A stretch of DNA of 64,000 nucleotides from an uncultured Gemmatimonadales bacterium (GCA_963707505.1 CAVPQB010000003.1:775440-839439); one strand, 5' to 3'; numbered from the stretch's first letter, positions 10,050-22,049 are shown. The notes: generated by a model not told the origin, from the letters alone. Translations and numbers: made by a program.

Positions 10050-10708
10050 CGCAGAGATCTCGGCCGCGGTGCGCGAAGCGATAGCCGATCACACGGCGCT
10101 TCGCATCGTCGGACGCGGAACGTGGCTCGACGCTGGATCACCGGTTTCGGCGAGTGCACAGCTCGTGCTCGCCGACGATCACGGAATCGTTGCATACGTG
10201 CCGGACGATCTCACGATAACGGTACGTGCGGGAACCACGCTACGCGAGCTGGACGAGGTACTTGGCGCGACATGATCAGTGGATCGCGCTGGATCCGGAA
10301 GGCGGCACCGATGTCACAATTGGTGCGACGGTTGCGACATGCTCGTACGGGCCTGCGGCGGCGTTCTTTGGAACGCCGCGAGATCAGGTGCTGGGCATGA
10401 CCGTGGTGCTCGGAACGGGAGAGGTGATACGTGTAGGTGGAAGAGTGGTGAAGAATGTCGCCGGCTTCGATCTCACGCGACTCATGATCGGTGCGTGGGG
10501 AACGCTCGGCGTCATCACCGAAGTTACGCTGCGCGTGCGGTCGCGGTCGATGCGGGGGGATTCGGTCTCGCACATGCGCCGCCAGCTTCCGGAGTCGCAC
10601 GGGTATCGCAGGCCCGAGATCGTCCACGATCGACTTTCCGCGGCGCTGATGCAGCGCTTCGATCCGCATGGTGTGCTGAATCCTGGAATCATGGCAACGG
10701 AGCGATGA
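10039..10708 (+). CDS. glcE: GlcE-like FAD-binding subunit, short, frameshifted near 10270
   Basis: Two overlapping ORFs join: YVPDDLTITVRAGT then GGRVVKNVAGFDLTRLMIGAWGTLG...FDPHGVLNPG. Confidence 0.8.
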
Positions 10709-11970
10709 CGCAGCCAACCAGGCCGCCGTGCGCTGACACGCCACTCGCGCAGGAGCAGGCAGGGCTCGACGCGTGTGTGCACTGCGGGTTCTGTCTGCAG
10801 GCGTGTCCGACGTATCTGGCGCTGGAGGACGAGAACGACTCACCGCGCGGACGGATCGTTCTGATGCGTGCGCTGGCTGACGGGAAGCTGGCGCCGAGTG
10901 ATCCGGATTTGCGAGAGCACATCGATCGCTGTCTCGGATGTCGTGCGTGCGAGACCGCGTGTCCGTCCGGCGTGCCGTATGGACATCTGCTGGAAGCTAC
11001 GCGTGCGACGCTACGCGGCGGGCAGGCACCGACGGCCGCTTCGCGCGCTCTTCTTCGTGTATTCGCGCACCGGCCGTTGATGCGTGCCGCGATGGCCCTT
11101 GCGCGGCTCTTGGCAGCGACACCGATTCCGACGCTGTTGATGAAGCTGCCTGGAAGACTGGGCTTCGCGATGGCGATGCTCGCGTCCACCGAATTTCCAC
11201 TCGAGCGCGGCAAGTATCGCGCGGAGGGTGACGGGGCGAACGGTAGCGCTGCGCTGCTGCTGGGCTGTGTGATGGAGGGACTGTTCACAGCGACGAATCG
11301 TGCTACCGAGAGAGTACTGACGCGGAATGATTATCGCATGACCGCTGCACCGGGACAGGGCTGTTGCGGCGCGCTGCACGCGCATGCCGGTGATCTGGGC
11401 GCGGCCCGCAGGCTTGCGCGGCGCAACATCGTCGCGTTCGAGCGTTCCGGCGCACGATACGTGGTCACGAACGCAGCAGGTTGTGGCGCGATGATGAAGG
11501 AATACGGGCATCTGTTGAGCGGTGATCCCGAATGGGCCGATCGCGCACGCGAAATATCGTCTCGCGTGCGAGACGTGAGCGAGCTTCTGGCTGCGGCCGG
11601 TCCGCGCTCGGGCGGAGTAATTCCCTTCACCGTTGCGTATGATGCGCCGTGTCATCTGCAGCATGCGCAGCGCGTGACGACCGCTCCAATCGCCGTACTT
11701 CAGGCGATTCCGGGTGTGCAGCTGGTACCGCTGGACGAGTCGGATCAATGTTGCGGCAGTGCCGGCATCTACAACCTGATCGAGCCGGAGACGTCGGACG
11801 CTGTGCTGGAACGGAAACTGGATCGCATCGGCGCGTCTCATGCTGCGCTCGTTGCTACCGGCAATCCCGGTTGTCTGATGCAGATCGGCGCGGGATTACT
11901 TCGGTCCGACATGCGAGCGCGCGCGGTGCATCCTATAGATTTACTGGATGCCTCCTACGCTGCTGATTGA
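10705..11970 (+). CDS. glcF: Glycolate oxidase iron-sulfur subunit GlcF
   Basis: CVHCGFCLQACP, CLGCRACETACPSGV, two CCG domains. Confidence 0.92.
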   Translation: MTQPTRPPCADTPLAQEQAGLDACVHCGFCLQACPTYLALEDENDSPRGRIVLMRALADGKLAPSDPDLREHIDRCLGCRACETACPSGVPYGHLLEATRATLRGGQAPTAASRALLRVFAHRPLMRAAMALARLLAATPIPTLLMKLPGRLGFAMAMLASTEFPLERGKYRAEGDGANGSAALLLGCVMEGLFTATNRATERVLTRNDYRMTAAPGQGCCGALHAHAGDLGAARRLARRNIVAFERSGARYVVTNAAGCGAMMKEYGHLLSGDPEWADRAREISSRVRDVSELLAAAGPRSGGVIPFTVAYDAPCHLQHAQRVTTAPIAVLQAIPGVQLVPLDESDQCCGSAGIYNLIEPETSDAVLERKLDRIGASHAALVATGNPGCLMQIGAGLLRSDMRARAVHPIDLLDASYAAD

Positions 11971-12952
11971 CAGGTCCGACCGCGCTCGAATCGAGCTTTC
12001 CGGAACTCACGCGGTCGCAACTCTCAACGGTCTCGTCACCAACGATGTAGCTGCGCTGAAAGCTGGCCATGGTCAGTACGCGGCAGCTCTCACTGCGAAG
12101 GGCAAGATCGTCGCGGATATGATATTGCTCATGCTGGATGACAGGATTCAGGTGCATGCGTCTCCTGCATCCGCTCCCGGATTGCGCGCGATGTTCGCCA
12201 AGTTCGTGAATCCGCGTTTTGCCACGCTCACCGATGTCACGGACAGGACTGGCGACGTCACGCTCGTTGGTGATCGTGGCGCCGAGTCGATCGTGCGCGC
12301 ATCGAACGGAAGTGTGAATGCAGAGGAGCTGTCAGCGTTGCCACACTTCTCCTTCATCTCTGCAACGATAGGCGGCGCGTCTGTGATGATCGTTCACCTG
12401 CCGCCGATCGGCGCCGACAGTGAGCGCGTCTATTCTGCGATCATGCCGCGTGATGCGCTGGAGAACGTACGGTCGGCGTTCCGCGATGCGGGCGCAGTCG
12501 ACGCGAGTGTTGAAGCGATGGACACCTTGCGAGTGGAGAGCGGATTCCCGGAATGGGGAGTGGACATGGACGAGAACACGCTTCCGCAGGAGGCAAATCT
12601 CGATGACATGCACGCGGTGTCATACACAAAGGGATGTTACATCGGCCAGGAGACCGTGGCGCGCATTCACTTTCGCGGACATGTGAATCGCAGTCTTCGC
12701 AGGCTCAAGTTTTCGAACGGCGTGATACCACCGCGCGGGGCCGTGCTTCAGGATGCGGAGCATCGCGGCATCGGCGACGTTCGCAGCACTGCGAGAAGCG
12801 ACCGTGACGGCGCGATTGGAATCGGCATGGTGCGGCGCGAGATCGACGACGGGCAGGCGATCGACGTGCACTGGGATGGCGGCGGCTACGACCGCGGTCG
12901 TGGCGGGAAAAGCAAAAGGCGCGATCGAGTGATCGCGCCTTTTGCTTTGTGA
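11948..12952 (+). CDS. ygfZ: Folate-binding Fe-S cluster repair protein YgfZ/GcvT family (possible indel near the 3' end)
   Basis: KGCYIGQETVAR signature. Confidence 0.9.
   Translation: MPPTLLIDRSDRARIELSGTHAVATLNGLVTNDVAALKAGHGQYAAALTAKGKIVADMILLMLDDRIQVHASPASAPGLRAMFAKFVNPRFATLTDVTDRTGDVTLVGDRGAESIVRASNGSVNAEELSALPHFSFISATIGGASVMIVHLPPIGADSERVYSAIMPRDALENVRSAFRDAGAVDASVEAMDTLRVESGFPEWGVDMDENTLPQEANLDDMHAVSYTKGCYIGQETVARIHFRGHVNRSLRRLKFSNGVIPPRGAVLQDAEHRGIGDVRSTARSDRDGAIGIGMVRREIDDGQAIDVHWDGGGYDRGRGGKSKRRDRVIAPFAL
12909..12948. terminator. Bidirectional terminator between convergent ygfZ and lipoprotein gene
   Basis: 18-bp perfect stem AAAGCAAAAGGCGCGATC / GATCGCGCCTTTTGCTTT with a GAGT loop. 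Confidence 0.8.
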
Positions 12953-12962
12953 GCTGTGAAGA

Positions 12963-13196
12963 TTACGGCTTCTTCATTGCGTTCTTTGCTGAATCGGCGA
13001 GTGCCTTGCCGGAATCCAGCATCTTCTTGGCGGTATCAGTCATCGCTTTGGAGCTATCCATCATCTTCATTGCAGTGTCAGTGGCTGTTGCGGGTGCTGC
13101 GGCTGCCGGCATGGTGGTGTCGGTAGCGGCCTCATCCTTCTTTGCACAAGCTGCTACTGCGAGTAGGGCGACGGCGACGAGGGCCAGGCGCTTCAT
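12963..13196 (-). CDS. Small low-complexity lipoprotein
   Basis: MKRLALVAVALLAVAAC lipobox; GGAGA RBS; repeated TDTA.KM.DS units. Confidence 0.8.
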   Translation of the reverse strand: MKRLALVAVALLAVAACAKKDEAATDTTMPAAAAPATATDTAMKMMDSSKAMTDTAKKMLDSGKALADSAKNAMKKP

Positions 13197-13438
13197 ACGA
13201 GAATCTCCTTAGAGAGGTTCAGAGGGTGATCGCCCGGGTCCGTGCACGCAGTCGCGATGCCCGGATGTGGCGCGGGGTCGAATCTATGTCTACCAGAATC
13301 GGTGTCAAGTACCACGACCCCCGAGCTAAATTACGATGTACATGAGGGTTTCGCGACTGGTAGACCTATATCCGGATGCCTGACTAGCAATAATCGCGCT
13401 ACGCCGCTGACAACCCGCCGAACTCAACCGAGAGTAGT

Positions 13439-14907
13439 GTGTCCCAGCTTCCAGAAACATTTGGTGCCCTGAAGCGATCGGCCTACGCCGCGCCGGGCAT
13501 GGTGAACCGGACGGTGAAGGACGAGCTGCGCAGCAACCTGCTGGACCGGCTCGCCAAGGGGGGCAGCTGTTTCATGGCGTCCTCGGATACGAGGACACCG
13601 TCATGCCACAGATCGCCAACGCTGTCCTGAGCAGACACAACTTCATTCTTCTCGGGCTTCGCGGGCAGGCCAAATCACGGATACTCCGGGCGCTGACGAC
13701 ACTGCTGGACGAGGTGGTACCAATTGTCGCGGGCAGCGAGGTGAACGACGACCCATTTCACCCGATATCCAAGTACGCGCGGCTCCTGATCAACGAGGCC
13801 GGCGACGACACGCCGATTGCATGGGCCGATCGTGACAGCCGTTACGTCGAGAAACTCGCGACACCGGACGTCACCATTGCCGATATCATCGGAGATGTGG
13901 ATCCCATCAAGGCGGCTCGCGGAGGTCATCTCCTCTCCGACGAGTTGACGATCCACTACGGCATGCTGCCGCGCGCCAATCGGGGGATCTTCGCGCTCAA
14001 CGAGCTGCCGGATCTCTCGGGCAAGGTGCAGGTCGGGCTGTTCAACATCATGCAGGAAGGCGACGTTCAGATCAAAGGCTATCCTGTGCGGCTGCCGCTC
14101 GATCTGTTGCTGGTGTTCTCCGCCAACCCCGAGGATTACACGGCGCGCGGCAAGATAATCACACCGCTCAAGGACAGAATTGGGAGTGAGATAGTTACGC
14201 ACTATCCCGAAACGGTCGAGATCGGAATGGCAATCACGCGTCAGGAGGCGTGGGCGGACCGCGGGGTGATGCAGGTGCGCGTTCCGGATTTCATGGAGGA
14301 AGTGATCGAGCGCATCGCGTTCGAGGCGCGCACGGACAAGCGCATAGACCGTCGCTCTGGCGTGTCTCAGCGCATGCCGATCACGGTTCTCGAAAATGTG
14401 ATATCGAACGCCGAACGACGCTCGGTGGAGACTGGCGAATCGGAGGCGGTGCCGAGGATCGCGGACGTGTATTCGGCGTTGCCCGCCATTACCGGCAAGA
14501 TCGAGCTGGAATACGAGGGTGAGATCGTCGGTGGCCCGACGATTGCCCGGGAGCTGATCCGGCGTGCTGCCGATGCGACATTCCGCGAGCGCGCCGGTCT
14601 CGTCGATACTGACGAGATCGTCATGTGGTTCGATGCCGGCGGAGCACTTCAGGTATCCGATGACGTGTCCGCGACGTCGGTTGTGAAGGGTTTCGAGAGC
14701 GTGCCGACGCTGATCGATACGGTCGAGGAAGCCGGGCTGGCTCGCCGGTCGGACATTCCACTCGTCGCCGCTGCGTGCGAGCTGGTGCTCGAGGCACTGG
14801 TGGCCAGGCGCAAGATCTCGCGCTCTGACGAGGGACGTTATGGACGTGCGGTGAACGAGAAGCGCCGGCGTCCGGGCGAGGATTATTTCGGCGGACTTTC
14901 AGCATAG
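13439..14907 (+). CDS. Magnesium chelatase-like AAA+ ATPase, frameshifted in a G-run near 13560
   Basis: N-terminal ORF 13439-13630 joins 13603-14907; GLRGQAKSR Walker-A variant, ANRGIFALNELPDL, SANPEDYT. Confidence 0.85.
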
Positions 14908-14945
14908 CCTTTCAGCCCAGCCCTTCAGCCTAGCGAGGTTTCCGT

Positions 14946-15575
14946 ATGCCGATCATCACTGTCTCGCGCATGTACTGCTCGGGTGGCTCGAACGTCGCCG
15001 CGCGCGTGGCGGACGCGATGGGATGGTCGCTGCTGGACAACTCCGTGATCGACGAGGTCGCGGCCCGTACTGGGTTGAGCGTGTCGGAGGTCGCAGCACG
15101 TGAGGAGCGCCGTCCGTCGTTGGCGGAGCGGGTCGCCACGGCGATGGCGATGAGCACTCAGGAGATGATGTCCCCCATCGCCTCGGCTCAGCTGCCGCCG
15201 ACTGAGCAACGGCTGCTGGACGTGACTCGTACGGTGATCGAGGAGGCTGCGAGCCGCGACTCGGTGGTCATCGTCGGTCGTGGCGCGCAGATGATGCTCG
15301 GGTCACGCAGTGACGTCTTCGGAGTATTCTGCTACGGCCCCCGGGAGGCGCTTGCACGCCGCTGCATGCAGCGGGACGGCCTGGACCATCCCCACGCGGA
15401 GAAACGCGTGCTACAGGTCAATCAGGAACGCGCAGCGTGGGTCAAGTCGAACTGGGGACGCGACTGGAGCGAGGTGGACAACTACCATCTCTGCGTCAAC
15501 ACCGATGCGCTGGGCGTGGACGGCGCGGCGGATGCGATCGTGAGAGCGGCGCGCGTGTACTTCGAGCGGGGATGA
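14946..15575 (+). CDS. Cytidylate kinase-like family protein
   Basis: IITVSRMYCSGG, VVIVGRGAQ, YHLCVNT. Confidence 0.85.
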   Translation: MPIITVSRMYCSGGSNVAARVADAMGWSLLDNSVIDEVAARTGLSVSEVAAREERRPSLAERVATAMAMSTQEMMSPIASAQLPPTEQRLLDVTRTVIEEAASRDSVVIVGRGAQMMLGSRSDVFGVFCYGPREALARRCMQRDGLDHPHAEKRVLQVNQERAAWVKSNWGRDWSEVDNYHLCVNTDALGVDGAADAIVRAARVYFERG

Positions 15576-15577
15576 GG

Positions 15578-15625
15578 GTAGAGAGTCGCGGGCAGCGTTC
15601 GCGGGAATGACGAGTCCGCGCCCTA
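15578..15625. repeat. Degenerate REP-like element between convergent genes
   Basis: GTAG...CGTTCGCGGGAATGAC...CGCGCCCTAC, sharing motifs with the REP elements at 23002-23064. Confidence 0.45.
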
Positions 15626-16384
15626 CTCGTACAACGTGTCCATGTCAGTTGCGGCCAGCTCGATGAGAAAACCTGATATCCGGGCGACCACGGCCTCGAA
15701 AAACCGTGCTCCGCGCTCCGGAGTCGCATGAGCGGGATTGCCGGTTCCGGTGTCTTTCGAGACACGAGTCCACGGGCGCGGAGCCCAGACCCAGCGCTCG
15801 CGCAGTCCTGCAATCGAGGGCCTTCTCTGACTCCCGTCACCGGCCTCGGAGAGCGGTAACACCAGATCCGGCGCGATGTGCTGCATCACACTCGTTTCGA
15901 GCTCGCCGGCGTGATCGCCCGGCTCGTCGAAATACGGTGCCGGATCGACGCACGTGTACCAGTTGAGCGAGCAGAGGAAGACGCTGGTTTTGGGCTGCAG
16001 CTCGCGGATCATCTGCTTGAAGTCGTTGCCGCCATGTCCGTTGAGAACGACGAGCTTGTGTATCCCCTGCCCTTCCAGCGCACTCACGAGATCGCCCAGC
16101 AACGCGGCCTGGGTGCTCGGATTCATGTTGAGGCAGAGCTCGATGTCGAGCTGCCCTGTGTTGACGCCGAACGGGACTGTCGGCAGTACGACGACTTTCG
16201 CGCCGGCTTCCCACGCACGCCGCGCCGACTCGGCCGCGACTGCATCACACTCCATTACGTCGGTGGAGTATGGCAGATGATAGTTATGGGCTTCGGTCGC
16301 GCCCCACGGGAGTATTGCAACATCGTACTCGGTGGAGGACACGGTCTTCCAGTTGGTCTCGGCGAGGATGTAGGGACGGGGCAT
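15623..16384 (-). CDS. Creatininase family protein
   Basis: LPWGATEAHNYHLP..TD, LNGHGGN, DHAGELETS. Confidence 0.92.
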   Translation of the reverse strand: MPRPYILAETNWKTVSSTEYDVAILPWGATEAHNYHLPYSTDVMECDAVAAESARRAWEAGAKVVVLPTVPFGVNTGQLDIELCLNMNPSTQAALLGDLVSALEGQGIHKLVVLNGHGGNDFKQMIRELQPKTSVFLCSLNWYTCVDPAPYFDEPGDHAGELETSVMQHIAPDLVLPLSEAGDGSQRRPSIAGLRERWVWAPRPWTRVSKDTGTGNPAHATPERGARFFEAVVARISGFLIELAATDMDTLYE

Positions 16385-16415
16385 TCTGGAAGTTATACGC
16401 GATACAGAGGATGCT

Positions 16416-17487
16416 CTAGCAGGAGTGGCCAGCGTCGCGAGTGACACCCGTGACGTGAGCAACAAAGCCATCGACCTCGTCCTCACTGGTCTGGAACGAA
16501 CACACCAGCCTCAGCTCCGACGTTGCTTCGTTCCAGACGTGCAGTGATGCGGCCTGGCTCAACGGCGCAATCGTGCGCTCGGGGACTATAACAAATACTT
16601 CGTTCGCCTCGACCTTCTGCGTGACAGTAACGCCCGGAATCGACGCCAACCCGTCGCTCAGGCGCCGAGCCATCGCGTTCGCGTGGCGAGCATTACGAAG
16701 CCACAGATCGTTTGTGAGGAGCGCGGTGAACTGCACCGACATGTAGCGCAGCTTGGATGCAAGCTGCATCGCCTGCTTGCGCCGCAGAACGAAATCACGC
16801 GCGAGATGCTCGTTCATGAATATGACCGCCTCGGCGCAGAATGCACCGTTCTTCGTTCCACCGAACGAGAGCACATCAACACCGCATCCGGTCGATACCT
16901 CGCGCAGCGAGAGACCGAGCGACGCTGCGGCGTTCGCGATGCGTGCACCATCCATATGCACGTACATTCCGTGCTCATGAGCGACGTGAGAAATCGCGCT
17001 CACTTCCTCCGGTCTGTAAATAGTTCCGTACTCCGTGGCCTGTGTCAGTGACACGACGCCCGGCCTCGCTCCCGCATGTCCGTCCTGCTGCGGAATCGCC
17101 GCAGCGACACCTGTCGGCGGTGATCTTTCCATCGGGCGCATGAATCGGGATAATCCTGGATCCCGTCATGCGCTCCACCGCTCCCCACTCGCTGGTCTGA
17201 ATGTGAGCAGTATCGCTGCACAGTATCGCTTCATACGGACGTATGCAGCTCTCGATGGAGAGCACGTTCGCGCCGGTTCCGGTGAACACGAAAAACGGCT
17301 GCGCCGTCGCACCGAACTCCCGCCTGATCAGTGCCTCGGCTTCCTGAGTATATGGATCGCCGCCATACGATGGCACGGGACCGTTGTTGGCGCGAACCAC
17401 GGCGTCCATGACGTCGGGATGCGCGGGCGCCCAGTTGTCGCTGGCGAAGTTGGGGAGTGGTTTGGGAAGTGTTGTCGTTTCTTGCAT
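16416..17487 (-). CDS. ltaE: Low-specificity L-threonine aldolase, frameshifted near 17115
   Basis: NFASDN, SYGGDPYT, TGTGAN in one frame; HMDGARIANAA, SFGGTKNG in the next. Confidence 0.85.
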
Positions 17488-17524
17488 GGGTGAAGTGTGG
17501 GCTATCCCAATGCGAGCGTCAAGT

Positions 17525-20500
17525 TCAATGGAAATCGTGCGATCCGTACACCAGCTGTTCGACTTCCAACTCCCTGAATCTGCGTCCCACGACATTGGTG
17601 ACTCCACCGTCCCGCTCGAACCATCCCTCGACCACGATGAAGCGGGCGTACTTCACGATGTCGTTGTAGCGCTCCACGAGCTTGGGTGAAACGATCACGT
17701 TGACGAAACCCCATTCGTCCTCGAGCAGGATGAAGATCGTGCCCTTTGCACTGGCAGGCCTCTGACGCACGGTTACGAGACCCGCGATCACGACACGCTG
17801 TCCATCGCGCAAATCCTGCATGTCACGGCTTGCAACGACGCCAGCCTCGCAGAGACGCTCGCGCACGTGCTCCATGGGATGACCTGTCACGCATATCCCC
17901 GTAGCCTGATAGTCCAGGAATATCAGCTCCCGCTCGTCGAGCTCCCGAGGGTCATAGCGAAAGCGATGCGCGGGCGCCAGCGGAAGATTGTCGCCGACCG
18001 CACGCAATGCCTCCCACGCCGCGCGCCTGCGATCCGGCTCCCAGGCGCCGAACGCTGCAGCGCGCGCAAGCTGCAAGGATTCAGCGCGCGTGAGACCAAC
18101 TCGCTCCACGACGTCAGCGATGGAGGTGAACGGCAGGAAGTCCTGAGCCTCGCTCAGCCTGTCGAGCGTGCGATCTCCAACACCTCGAATGTGCCGCCAG
18201 CCGATGCGCAGTGCCGGTTGCTCCGACGCCGTTTCCTCCGTGGTGCATATCCGCCTTCCGTCGCGCAGGCAGGGCGGCCTCACTTCCACGCCGCGCCTGC
18301 GTGCTTCGTGAATTATGGTCGCGTTGGGATAGAATCCCATCGGCTGCGCGTTCAGAAGACCGAGGTAGAAGTCGGTTGGGTAGTGACACTTGAGATACGC
18401 GGTTGCATACGCAATGAGCGCAAAGCTCCACGCGTGCGATTCCGGAAATCCATAATTCGCGAACGTCGACAGGTCGCGGCTGATCTGCTCCGCGACCTCA
18501 CGCGATACCGGCGGATCCGGGGCGGGATTGTTCACCATGCGCTCCGTCAGCTCGACGAGCACAGTCTCCAATCTTGTCTTCTTGCGAATGTTTCCCATCG
18601 TGCGGCGCAGACGATCGGCTTCGGGCGGAGTGAACCCTCCAAGCACCGACGAAATCGCCATCGCCTGCTCCTGGAAGATCGGAATTCCATACGTCCTGCG
18701 AGGATCGGCTCCAGAGCAGGATGCGCGTAGCTCGGCGTTTCGAGTCCGCGGCGTCGACGCGTGTACGGATGCACGAATTCCCCTGGATCGGACCAGGACG
18801 AATCAGCGATACCTGCACGACGATGTCGTACATGGTCTGCGGACGCGTATTGAGAATCGACGCGATCTGCGCCCTGCTCTCGATCTGAAAGGTGCCGATC
18901 GTCTCGCCGATCGAGATCATGTCGTACGTCGGCGCGTCGTCCTGCGGCAGCTCGTACAACTCGAGCCGCTTGCCGGTCCGCATCTCGATCGAATCGAATG
19001 CACGCCGCACCAGAGCGAGCGCGCCCAGGCCGAGGAAATCGAACTTCGGACTGCCGATGTAATCGAGATCGTCCTTGTCGAACTGAATGATCGTGCGTCC
19101 CATGGTCGTATGCTCGATCGGCAGGTAGTCGCCGAGCAGATCGCCGGAAAGCACGAAACCGCCCACGTGAGTCGAGCGCATGCGCGGCAGTCCTTCGAAG
19201 GCCGACATCGCTGTCAGAATCGCGCGTCCTCGCGGGCCAGTCAGATCGACACCGAACTGTGCGGCGAGTGCGTTCTGAACCTTTGTCGCTCCCGCCTCGG
19301 GGTCGAAGCGATGCAGGCGCTTCGACAGCTCGAGCCCAAGCTCGACAGGATATCCCAGCGCGCGCATTGCGTCGAGTATCGCGTTGGGTGCGCGATACGT
19401 CTGAACCGTGCAGGTGATCGCGGAATGCTCGCGATGATACTTGCCGTACACATAGTTGAGCACTTCTTCGCGCCGGTCGTGCTCGATGTCGACATCTATG
19501 TCGGGCGCTTCGGTATATTCGCCACTGGGCCCTGGAACCCGCGCTTCGGAAAGGAATCGCTCGAACAACAGACCATTCAGAATCGGATCTACCGCAGTCA
19601 CGCCAAGACAGTACGCGACCGCGGAGTTTGCCGCACTTCCGCGGCCCTGGCAGAGGATGTTCCGGCTGCGCGCAAAACGTACGGCATCCCACATCACGAG
19701 AAAGAAGCCGGCAAAGCCAAGCCTGCGGATCACTCCCAGCTCGTGGTCCAACTGCGCGCACTGCCTGTCGCTCAGTGTCGCGCCCCAACGTATCGTTGCG
19801 CCTTCGTACACCTTGACTCGCAGATACTCGTCTGCATCTGCGTCATCAGGAATCGGGAACGCCGGCAATGGTGGCCTGAGCCAGCGCACCGAGAAATCAC
19901 ACTCCGAGGCGATGCGCTCGCTCTCCTCGATTCCGTCTTCCAGTCCGGTCCACATCTCGAGCATCGTGTCGGGCGATTTGAGATGCCATTCACCATTCGG
20001 ATGCAGCAAGCCGCGCTCTGCGGCGCGATCGAGATCGAGACCTGCACGCAACGCGGTGAGCATGTCATGAATGAGCCTGCTGTTGTCACCCAGATAGCGC
20101 GGGTCGTTGCAGACTACCCATGGAGTCGCTGCCCTCGTTGCAAGATCCACGAGCGCGCCGGCGAGTGCACTCTCGTCACCGCATCCACGATGGCGTTGCA
20201 CCTCTACCGCGATTCTGCCGCTGAAAGCTTCCCGCCACTCGTGAAGTGCCCGTTCGGCTTCATCCCTCCGACCCTCACGTACGAGATGCGCAAGCGTGCC
20301 AGACGCCGGCCCTGTCAACAGATGCAATCCCTCCGCATGATCTGCCACATATGACCACGGCACACTTGGTGCCCCGCGCTTGCGCTGCCGGTTGGTCGGC
20401 GACCAGCTCTCTATCGATCCGACTCGCGCGTGAGTAATGAGTGATGCGAGCTTGCGACAGCCATCGATGTCGCGGGCAAGAAACGCCATCGGTCTTCCAT

Positions 20501-20708
20501 CGACGCGCAGCTCAGTGCCGACGATGAGCCTGATCCCATGTTCATCGGCGGCGACTTTTGCACGCACCACGCCTCCAAGGTCCGCCGTGTCGGTGATGCC
20601 TATCGCCTGGTATCCGAGCCTGGCCGCACGCGATACCAGTGCCTCTGGCGTGACCGCTCCATCGCCGAACGAGAACGCGGTATGTGCACGCAGCTCCACG
20701 TAAGGCAT
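17525..20708 (-). CDS. dnaE2: Error-prone DNA polymerase III alpha subunit DnaE2 (ImuC), frameshifted near 18780 and 18695
   Basis: PHP YVELRAHTAFSF, GRGSAANS, PDIDVD, KFDFLGLG, YGFPESHA, OB fold, C-terminal SHDFH motif typical of DnaE2. Confidence 0.92.
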
Positions 20709-22012
20709 CAATCCCACCAGCCGTGCAGATACCATGCGCCACTGCGCCTGTCGCAATACAACCAGACCAGTCCACTCTCCTCGACGACGCAGCGGAAATA
20801 GTCACGCGCGTAAGCATCGTCCCAGCGGCCGCCTGATACGCGGTCGGGGCCGGCCGCCTCGACTATATCGTACGTCCTTCCTTCATCGCGATACGTACGC
20901 GGAATCTCATCGCCGCGCCGCCTGAACGTCGCAACCGCAATGCGTCGCGGCTCGGGCAGGAGCTGAAGCGTGAGCGCCGACTCGCCACTGCGTGACAGGG
21001 ACGCCGCATAAACGTGTGCTCGCTCCATCACGCGCGTGGCCGACACCGACGTCCACGCAGTGCGGCGGTCCAGCAACGGATGCACGCTGTTCTCCGGCTC
21101 GACAGCAACAGCGCCCTGATCATCCATCAGCTGTCCCAGCGCTTCCTCTGCGGCCGATTCACTACCGAAGCCGCGATCGAAAACATCGCCCTGCCGTCCT
21201 CCGGTTCCCGACGTCGAGTCCACGCGCAGCGTGATGCCGGTCACTGCATCGGGGAACACGACGCGCTCGATCTCCAGACGAACAAGACGCATCCACGCAG
21301 TCTGACCCGCGGTTGCACGTGCAGCGCGTATCGGATGATCGATCGTCGTACGGTTCGCGAGCGCGAAGCTGATCGTCACCGCGACCGCTCCCTCACCGCG
21401 CGACTTGAGCGCCTCGCACACGTTGCCGAACAGCGCATTGATGACGAACACCAGACGCTCGGCGCGACGTATCGCGTAATCGGTCCATTCGAGCGAGGCT
21501 TCTGGCAACGCACGCGGCATCGATCCGAAGATGCGGCGCATGTCATCAGCGCGCGCACGTCGCCAGAGCCGCACTCCCTCGGCGCCGAGCCGGACTTCGA
21601 CTTCTTCCTGGGAGAGACGCGCAAGATCGCGGCACAGCTCGATGCCGGTTCCATCCAGCAGATTGGCGAGCTTGCGATCGGGATTGAGGACCGAGATGGA
21701 AAACGGAGCGAGAAAATCGCGGTCGTATCCATCGCGCACGTACGTGACCGTTTGCGGTGAATGGCGAGCCGCCACTTCTGCGGCAACCGCTGTCGATGCG
21801 ACTCCGCACTTCACGCTGCTGTATATCGCATTGTGCGCTGTGAATGCGTTGCGCACGCGCTCAGTCGTCTCGCGCACCGGCAATCCGCGCAGATCGGCCC
21901 ACACGAGATCGCCATCGGACAGCACGCGTGGCACGATCGTGAGGAGCGGCGCGTGCAGTGTGGCCGGTTGTGACGCGAGCCACGCGAGGTTGTGCAGGCA
22001 GAGGAATGACAT
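20708..22012 (-). CDS. imuB: ImuB, inactive Y-family polymerase homolog
   Basis: Stop/start overlap with dnaE2; clamp-binding-like QGDVF; C-terminal GPDRVSGGRW..RDYF..WYLHGWWD. Confidence 0.85.
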   Translation of the reverse strand: MSFLCLHNLAWLASQPATLHAPLLTIVPRVLSDGDLVWADLRGLPVRETTERVRNAFTAHNAIYSSVKCGVASTAVAAEVAARHSPQTVTYVRDGYDRDFLAPFSISVLNPDRKLANLLDGTGIELCRDLARLSQEEVEVRLGAEGVRLWRRARADDMRRIFGSMPRALPEASLEWTDYAIRRAERLVFVINALFGNVCEALKSRGEGAVAVTISFALANRTTIDHPIRAARATAGQTAWMRLVRLEIERVVFPDAVTGITLRVDSTSGTGGRQGDVFDRGFGSESAAEEALGQLMDDQGAVAVEPENSVHPLLDRRTAWTSVSATRVMERAHVYAASLSRSGESALTLQLLPEPRRIAVATFRRRGDEIPRTYRDEGRTYDIVEAAGPDRVSGGRWDDAYARDYFRCVVEESGLVWLYCDRRSGAWYLHGWWD

Positions 22013-22049
22013 TGACAGATATCCTATATGGTCATATTATTATGACCAT
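22012..22049 (+). promoter_or_regulatory. TA operon promoter with overlapping palindromic operator
   Basis: TTGACA(22012-17)-N17-TATTAT(22035-40); perfect inverted repeat ATGGTCATA-TTAT-TATGACCAT (22028-22049). Confidence 0.8.

Noticed and set aside
13200..13438. Possible ncRNA in the divergent intergenic region
   Set aside because: No recognisable RNA family motif or strong structure; length fits two promoters.
18690..18790. Split or programmed-frameshift DnaE2, or an intein
   Set aside because: The intervening frame (EFVHPYTRRRRG...) is normal DnaE2 sequence; two nearby indels fit the error pattern of the whole window.
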